Source of the DNA: Tubiluchus corallicola
Lineage: Eukaryota > Animalia > Priapulida
NCBI GenBank assembly: GCA_030141605.1
Contig: JAQGDQ010002216.1
Location: forward strand, 1 to 8,306
Direction: 5' to 3'
Length of the DNA stretch: 8,306 bases
The notes under the pieces were generated by a model. It saw only the letters and a list, made by a program, of their open reading frames with translations, was not told where the DNA came from and made no database searches. A program made the position numbers and the translations under genes. Every line of letters begins with the position of its first letter. The first letter of the stretch is position 1. Shown here piece after piece: positions 1-5,900 of the stretch.

Positions 1-146
1 TATTAGTCGAAGATATCGCTGACCACAATCGCAGAATATTGAATGCAGCCACATCTCTTAACCCACAAAACGCCTATGGTCTATTTTTAGTAACAGTGTC
101 CAAAGCACTTGGGTGGCCGATCTAAAATAAATAATTCTCAATGGCT

Positions 147-327
147 CATGCGCAACGCTCACTGCAGAGGCGAGGCGTTGCTAAGGAAATAATCAATAAT
201 ATTTGTGTCATCAGCAGATTTTGTCAGACAGTGCCATTTCCAAGAATTCTTATTATCCGCTGTGATGTATGGTAGTTGATTATTTCCTCGCCTCGCCCAC
301 ACTGCAACGTGAGTTAAGCATTGCATG
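147..327. repeat. Imperfect long inverted repeat (fold-back)
   Basis: Nested pairs: CATGC 147-151/GCATG 323-327; CTCAC 158-162/GTGAG 309-313; TGCAG 163-167/CTGCA 302-306; GGCGAGGCG 169-177/CGCCTCGCC 289-297; AGGAAATAATCAA 184-196/TTGATTATTTCCT 276-288; CAGCAGAT 212-219/ATCCGCTG 255-262. Confidence 0.85.
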
Positions 328-411
328 TTTTGCACAATTACCAATATCCAGAGTTATAAAGTTTCAATTCAGTTTTTTTTACATTTTTATTTACCGGTAT
401 ATTCCCGGTAG

Positions 412-517
412 ATGGCAACTCGGGGTGTCAAGAGAAAATGTTCTGCATATGACGCTTCATTCAAGTTCAAAGTTGTTGATCATCGGAAATCGAGCAGCTA
501 GCTTTGAAGGATTTTAA
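412..517 (+). pseudogene. Internally deleted pogo-type transposase: N-terminal Brinker-like DNA-binding domain start fused to the C-terminal FEGF-stop
   Basis: ATG412 reads MATRGVKRKCSAYDASFKFKVVD, resembling the BrkDBD motif R.SY.a.FKL.VV. A frameshift follows, then GNRAA (485-499) directly joined to SFEGF-TAA (500-517), the F.GF C-terminus typical of these transposases. Confidence 0.72.
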
Positions 518-689
518 ATAAATATTGTAAATTTTATTTCGTATTGTGTTCATAGTTTACTTTACGTTGTCAATAAATGATTTTTATCATGGCCGCACGT
601 GTTCAACAACGTTTGTCACTTACAATGCTTGGTCTGAGCCGAGAAAAAGTGAAACAAAATTTTATACCTATTTTTAATCGAAAATTAGG

Positions 690-719
690 GTGCGCGTTAT
701 ACACGTGTGCGCGTTATAC
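690..719 (+). repeat. Perfect 13-bp direct repeat GTGCGCGTTATAC x2 (690-702, 707-719) in the transposon terminus
   Basis: Read directly. The period is 17 bp and it overlaps the palindrome ACACGTGT (701-708). Likely transposase binding sites. Confidence 0.9.
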
Positions 720-1370
720 TCAAATAAATACGGTAGTTGGATACTGTATGGATATTACTGTTACTGAGACTTTAATCATTATTATGCTGTCATAATTGTT
801 GGTCAAGTTATGATTTTTCATAGACTATAATTCATTAACATAACGATTGACACAAAAATTTATCGACTCATGTTTATTGTACTCAAAAAATCTTAAACTT
901 ATGTACCCCGTTCTTCTAATTTTTGCCACCCAACACAAATTGTGAGTGCATCAAACTTTTATCTGTGATTTTGCTGAAATATGAGTTGAGAATATCGAAG
1001 ATTAGTCTTTACGTTTTTTTGCTAATTATGCCAAGAAATATTTAAAAGTTTTTTGTCATGCCCATTAGTATAAAACTGCTATAACACATGCTCAGGATTA
1101 TACAAGTTCAGTTTTTCAGGATGCCCTGGAAATTTTGTATCAACAAAAATTGCATCAGACAAAAAAATTGTTGAAGTTCTGCAACAATTTGCTATGAAAA
1201 AATTGTAAACATTACATGCCCCCTACTTATTATGGAGTTACTTATTTAATTTTTTTAAGTAGTATATTGTTAAAAGTGTCTGAAGTGGTTTTTATTGTTA
1301 AATTTTAATGTTTTTTTAGAATAACTTCTGATGCGAATCTAGTTGTAGTTACTATGTGGACTGATTTCAG

Positions 1371-1484
1371 ATACATGCATCTGTGGAACTCTTATGCCTT
1401 ATGATAATTTCTTTGGAGCTGCTTATGAAGTTGCAGTGGCTTGGTTTAAAGCAATTTTTTTCTCATAAAAGAACTCTCATAAAG
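1371..1484 (+). CDS. TPCN1: Two-pore channel TPC1-like, internal coding exon (IS2 and start of IS3): IHASVELLCLMIISLELLMKLQWLGLKQFFSHKRTLIK
   Basis: Acceptor TTTCAG|ATA and donor AAG|GTAGTG; 114 nt, phase 0-0, no stops. The translation closely resembles vertebrate TPC1 [38 protein letters not shown] (recalled, not searched). Confidence 0.93.
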
Positions 1485-1635
1485 GTAGTGTGAGTGTTGT
1501 TGAGTCATTATTGTTTAATATTATAGGAGGTTGCATTTTTTCACAGTAAACAAGTTGATAAAATGAATGGGCACTTTAAAATGTTTTCTGTATGATGGCC
1601 ATTGTTAGGATAATTATTCTGATACTTTTTTCTAG

Positions 1636-1766
1636 TTTTTGACACTTGCAATCATGATAGCAGAAGCCATCGCAGTTCTAATTCGACAAGAAAATCATTT
1701 TCGAGTAACGCGTGCTCTACGCCCCATCTTCCTTATTGACACACATTATTGTGGTGGAGTTCGTAG
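1636..1766 (+). CDS. TPCN1: TPC1-like coding exon (IS3-IS4 voltage-sensor-like segment): [43 protein letters not shown](R)
   Basis: Acceptor TTTTTTCTAG| and donor AG|GTAAAT; 131 nt, phase 0-2. Contains the Arg-spaced S4 motif [10 protein letters not shown] and the TPC1-typical YCGGVRR. Confidence 0.95.
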
Positions 1767-2738
1767 GTAAATAACGATCATTACGTTATTTGAAACTTTA
1801 TCTGTGACCAGTATACAGATTGTTTTTTCTGCTTTGAAAGTTGGTAGTTTTATGCTAAGGGGGTTCTTCTTGAAATTGAAATTAAAGCAGTGCCTTTTAG
1901 AATATTCACCATAAAAAGGTAAAAATGGATTAACTATGGGATGGGAAGTTTGTGCTAGTGTTGATTTTTTTAGCCAGTTCTATGCTTTGGTAATGGCACA
2001 TGATGTGTTCGTGGAGTGTTGTTGTGGCTTGGAAATACTAATTACACTGATTACACTGATGAACATTCACTTTTTACTCTAGTTGTTTGTTTGCATTCAT
2101 TGAATTGTCCTTGATGATTTGACAACTGATTTGTTTTCTTTTTTACTGCTTTACTAACTGGTGTGCTGTACAGTCAATATGCTATGTGAAAAAATTCTGG
2201 AATTTAACATTCTAGCCACCATCTAGGTCAGTGGAACAGCAGCTTGTCTCTCTCACTGGGAGTGTATAAATCATGCTCAACTGCTTAATGTACAAAGTCA
2301 TTGTGTAAAGTGGATTGGTAATAACTGAAAAATTATGTCCATGTATTCATTTTTTAATACAAAGTTTGTAATATTTTGAAACTTAAACCACTTAAGTAAT
2401 TATTTTATGCAATACAAAAATTAACTATTAGTTTTTTGTGCATATAGTGTAAGCAGCAAAATAAAACAAAATTAAGTGTTTTAAAAAATGTGGAGGCTAT
2501 GTGCATATGCTACCTGATAATAAAGGACCAGGTGAAGTATATTACAGGTATCAGATTTTGTTTAAGTAGTCATTGAGACCAATCTGCAAGTTTTCACTAA
2601 AGCGAAATAGTTATTATGATTGAAATTACTTGCATGTATTGTTGTCTTAACTAATTAACCCATTAAAGAACTAATTTGTGAAATGTGATTAAGTTTGGAA
2701 ACATCATTTGTGGATTATGTTTGTGTTTTGTTTTTCAG

Positions 2739-2827
2739 ATTTATTCGCCAGATATTGCAATCAGTGCCTCCAATTTTGGATATGTTAGTTCTTTTGATGT
2801 TTTTTATTCTCGTATTTTCTGTTTTAG
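2739..2827 (+). CDS. TPCN1: TPC1-like coding exon (IS4-S5 linker and IS5): (R)FIRQILQSVPPILDMLVLLMFFILVFSVL(G)
   Basis: Acceptor TTTTGTTTTTCAG| and donor G|GTAAGT; 89 nt, phase 2-1, compatible with both neighbours. Resembles TPC1 [30 protein letters not shown]. Confidence 0.95.
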
Positions 2828-3614
2828 GTAAGTTCTGAGTTTTTTTTATTCAGAAGCTCTTGATTTTTATTTTTGTTCTATTGAATGGAAAAAATCAAAT
2901 TCATGTATTTGGCGAAAACTTTTTTCACTCGACTCCAAAGCTTGCTATCTTGCACAGTAAGTGTGATAGTGAGAGTACTAATTAGGTTCTGAAAGTATAG
3001 TGAAGGGATTCTTTATTTAAAAGAAAAAAAGATTGCGAAAGTGAAAAAGGATAAGTGCAATGAAAGTGTCATCATTTAATAATGTTGATAGATCAAGAAT
3101 AACTTGTATCTACCTGAAATAGATGTATAACTTTTGAAGTTGTTCAGCATTACTATGGGTTACAAAGGTGCAAAAAAAGCTGGTTTTAGGTTTTATATTT
3201 AAGGTGCAAAGAAAATACATGACTAGAAAAAATATTTTTCTAGCAATTTACAGAGATGTAATGAAAATGCTATACACAAATGAAATTATAATTAATTATT
3301 ACTCAGCTGCTAATGCAGGATTAGTGCAATAGTCTAACTACTAAACTGTTTAAGCAGTTAAACCCAGAAATTAGTGCAAAGGTGTAAAAATGCAAATTAT
3401 TTTGATGCTAATAAACCTAATCCAACATATCAATGAAGTGATCAGTGTCCGGCATACAAAACAGGAACAACTGGCAAAGTGCACGAGTTAAGAAAGGCTT
3501 TTGTCTAACTGCTTGCCTGAAAAGTTAGATATAAAAAGGTAATTCAAAATGGAACATCTTGTACTTAGAAAGGCTGAGACTGAGTTCTTGCGCTAACAGT
3601 TTCTTTGTGCCTTT

Positions 3615-3656
3615 ATTGTTAATAGTTTATCACAAAATGCAAATTGTTAATAGTTT
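3615..3656 (+). repeat. Perfect 14-bp direct repeat ATTGTTAATAGTTT x2
   Basis: 3615-3628 and 3643-3656, separated by 14 bp. Confidence 0.8.
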
Positions 3657-3688
3657 GAATGAGTATAAATAACTTAATAGATATTTCA

Positions 3689-4645
3689 CAGGGCTGAAAA
3701 AATCCTTTTGGATCAGAGTTATCCAGGAGTCCATCATCAAAACTGGTAGCCTAACAGAATTGTACTAGCTAAATGAAAGCAACTCTAAGGAGTGTCATGA
3801 TTGGCTGGGCATCTGTGAAACACTAATCAACACCAAGCTTAAGAACCGAAGTATCAGCTTTAGAAACCAGAGCTAATTTCAAGTTTTTCTGTAGAAAAAG
3901 AAACTGGTCCGGTTGTAAAGCGTTCTGTAGAAAAGGAATAGTCCACATTCCAAGTTCCAAATTTGATTCATTATAGCACATGTAGATCAAAACACTAAAG
4001 GGACATAACTATCCTTAACTTGATGACATGAAAACAATACTTCTCCAAAGTACCTCACCTATCAAAACACTTGTTAAGGTCACTGTCGCTTAACTATTGA
4101 AGATAGAATAAGTATCATAATTCTAGTAATTAAACTTTTTCCAATTTTGAAGATATACATGTACTAGTAGGTGATTAAACATTTAAAGCGTTATGTATAA
4201 GAGCAGTTCTGTATAGGTAGCTGCTAAAAATTAGTGAAGTCAGCAAGATAATCTTGTGTTTTTAAATGGGTTAAACTCAGTTTAGCGATCATTCCTCAGA
4301 CCCTGACAGCGTTCTGCAGGCTACCGCTTATTGCTCCTATCAGTGTCATTGAGCAACAAACTTTCTGTCTGACAAAAATCTTGAAAATCTTTCCTGTCTG
4401 TAAAAATTGTTTTTGCTACTTGTACAGAATTGTACACGCAAATATAAATGCATGCTGTATGAGACTATGATTTAGTTAAGCTCACAATATTGATTGGGAA
4501 TATTAACTCGGTGGGGCAGTATATCGCACAGCATCGAGATATCTCTACTTGAATGTAGGTGGTCCGATGTACTACTAACAAACTTTCTGTTTCCAATGAG
4601 AAAAAATTGTCCCGGGCAACAGGACAACAGATTTTTCGAGCCCTG
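3689..4645. mobile_element. hAT-like non-autonomous DNA transposon (~957 bp)
   Basis: 16-bp TIRs CAGGGCTGAAAAAATC (3689-3704) and GATTTTTCGAGCCCTG (4630-4645), 14/16 complementary. Flanks ATATTTCA / ATTTTCTA are a possible decayed 8-bp TSD (5/8). Internal short repeats are present; no transposase ORF. Confidence 0.65.
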
Positions 4646-5082
4646 ATTTTCTATTGCCAGCAGTTTATATGTTGAAATATAAGTTTGAAAATTATGTACA
4701 GTATTCGCCACTTAATAGATTCACTGTGACCCAATTAACTGACAGAACTATTAGCCGACAGGTGTAACATTACTAGTATGTTAGACTAGTATGAGTCTTC
4801 AGCTTAGTATGCACTGCAAAGGCTGCAAGAGTTTGAAATCTTAGGTTTTTACGCTTGTGCTATATTTTTACAAAATTAGCTCTGTGCTTTTAGCTGCTCT
4901 GTGATATTTATGCTTGTAATTTAAAATCGCAAAGTATACTAAAAACAGATTACTGCCACTGCATCGGTGGCATAACAGCAACAATTAACTGATTAAACAT
5001 TCTGTGAAAAGCAGCAAGCACTTCAAAATGAAACCACTAGGCAAGTGATTAAAGTTTAGTTCCCATAAATTCTTGGGTAATG

Positions 5083-5124
5083 AGGTTAATTGTACCAGAC
5101 AAGTGCTAGGTTAATTGCACCAGA
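5083..5124 (+). repeat. Tandem-like duplication AGGTTAATTG(T/C)ACCAGA x2
   Basis: 5083-5099 and 5108-5124, 16/17 identical, period 25. Confidence 0.8.
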
Positions 5125-5285
5125 TGAGCAAATGAGAGTTTAAAGCAAAAACGCTATGTTTGTATATTAACACATGATAAACGTATAAAACAGTACTTAA
5201 ATGTGAAGAAAAGACAATTCAAAAGTAGTAAAAACTCTTTCATCATACACAAGTGTCTTATTTTTAATATGTGAAGCAAAAATAT

Positions 5286-5383
5286 TGAGTCAATTATGCG
5301 GAGTTATTTGAGTCAATTGTTGAACCCGTACCAGATGTTTCTGAGTCAATTAGGCGACTGATTCTATTAACCGTGAGTCTAAT
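5286..5383 (+). repeat. Subterminal motif array TGAGTCAATT in the MITE right end
   Basis: Exact copies at 5286-5295, 5309-5318 and 5342-5351. Degenerate copies are TGATTCTATT 5359-5368 and TGAGTCTAAT 5374-5383, with related TGACCCAATT at 4727-4736 near the left end. Confidence 0.85.
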
Positions 5384-5471
5384 AAATGGCGTCCACTGTA
5401 TTTACTTTAATTTTTTAGATACTGTAATCTTAATTGGTGATTTCTATTAACTATTATTTTAATTTTTACAG

Positions 5472-5506
5472 GCTATTATTTGTTTTACAACATTCCAGGA
5501 AACATA
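5472..5506 (+). CDS. TPCN1: TPC1-like 35-nt small exon (end of IS5 and luminal loop): (G)YYLFYNIPGNI
   Basis: Acceptor TTTTTACAG| and donor ATA|GTAAGT; phase 1-0, exactly what is needed to bridge the flanking exons. GYYLF corresponds to TPC1 GFYLF. Confidence 0.9.
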
Positions 5507-5841
5507 GTAAGTTTAAAAATATTTTTATCAGAATTGCGTAATGGTAGCCAATCTGTTTAAAATCTGTTAAACAATAATGTTATTTGATATAAGCGATAAA
5601 AAATCTTCTTAGCAATGTCTTCCAAAATGTAAAAACACACAAGAGTGAAAATCTTGAGTATCCTGTATTGAATAAAACTATCTGATTGTCGAATGATTTG
5701 TGTGTGGCGAAGTCTGTTTTTAACGATTCTATTAAAATAGCTAGGTGAAATGCAAATGTTTCATTATTCTTACCAGTGTAGTTATGTGTAACCTTTGTGA
5801 TCGTCATCATCATTTCTATTACTGCTTTTTTGTTTTTGTAG

Positions 5842-5900
5842 TATTTCGATACATTTCAAGACAGTTTTGTCAGCTTGTTTGTTCTGATGACAACAGCAAA
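5842..5900 (+). CDS. TPCN1: TPC1-like coding exon (pore helix and domain I selectivity filter): YFDTFQDSFVSLFVLMTTA(N)
   Basis: Acceptor TTTTTGTAG| and donor AA|GTAAGT; 59 nt, phase 0-2. SLFVLxTTAN is the TPC domain I pore signature. The last codon (AA+) is completed in an exon beyond the window, so Asn is inferred. Confidence 0.95.

Larger units (their letters stand above)
1..733 (+). mobile_element. Non-autonomous pogo-superfamily (Passer/POGK-like) DNA transposon, right part; left end probably upstream of the window
   Basis: Terminus ...GTGCGCGTTATACTCAAATAAATACGG followed by TA (734-735). Its reverse complement TA-CCGTATTT...TATAACGCGCAC is the typical CCGTA-type TIR. There is a duplicated 13-mer binding-site motif, an internal transposase remnant at 412-517, and CpG richness relative to host introns. 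No matching left TIR is seen, so the left boundary is uncertain. Confidence 0.8.
4699..5398. mobile_element. Tc1/mariner-pogo (Tigger-like) MITE, 700 bp, TA target duplication
   Basis: TA|CAGTATTCGCCACTTAATAGATTCAC (4699-4724) and GTGAGTCTAATAAATGGCGTCCACTG|TA (5373-5398) are 26-bp TIRs, 20/26 complementary, with CAGT...ACTG ends and TA on both sides (4697-4698, 5399-5400). Confidence 0.82.

Noticed and set aside
159-344. 61-aa - strand ORF
   Set aside because: Lies across the inverted repeat within the transposon region; no recognisable protein features.
269-517. 82-aa + strand ORF from the track
   Set aside because: Not a gene. Only its last residues (GNRAASFEGF) are meaningful, as part of the broken transposase; the rest crosses the fold-back and T-rich tract.
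577-795. 72-aa + strand ORF
   Set aside because: Runs through the transposon terminus into flanking intron; a chance ORF.
2041-2060. ATTACACTG x2 and similar micro-duplications (5550-5570, about 7741-7758)
   Set aside because: Ordinary slippage duplications; no spacer structure, so not CRISPR-like.
4472-4711. 79-aa - strand ORF
   Set aside because: Spans the ends of two different transposons; no transposase motifs.
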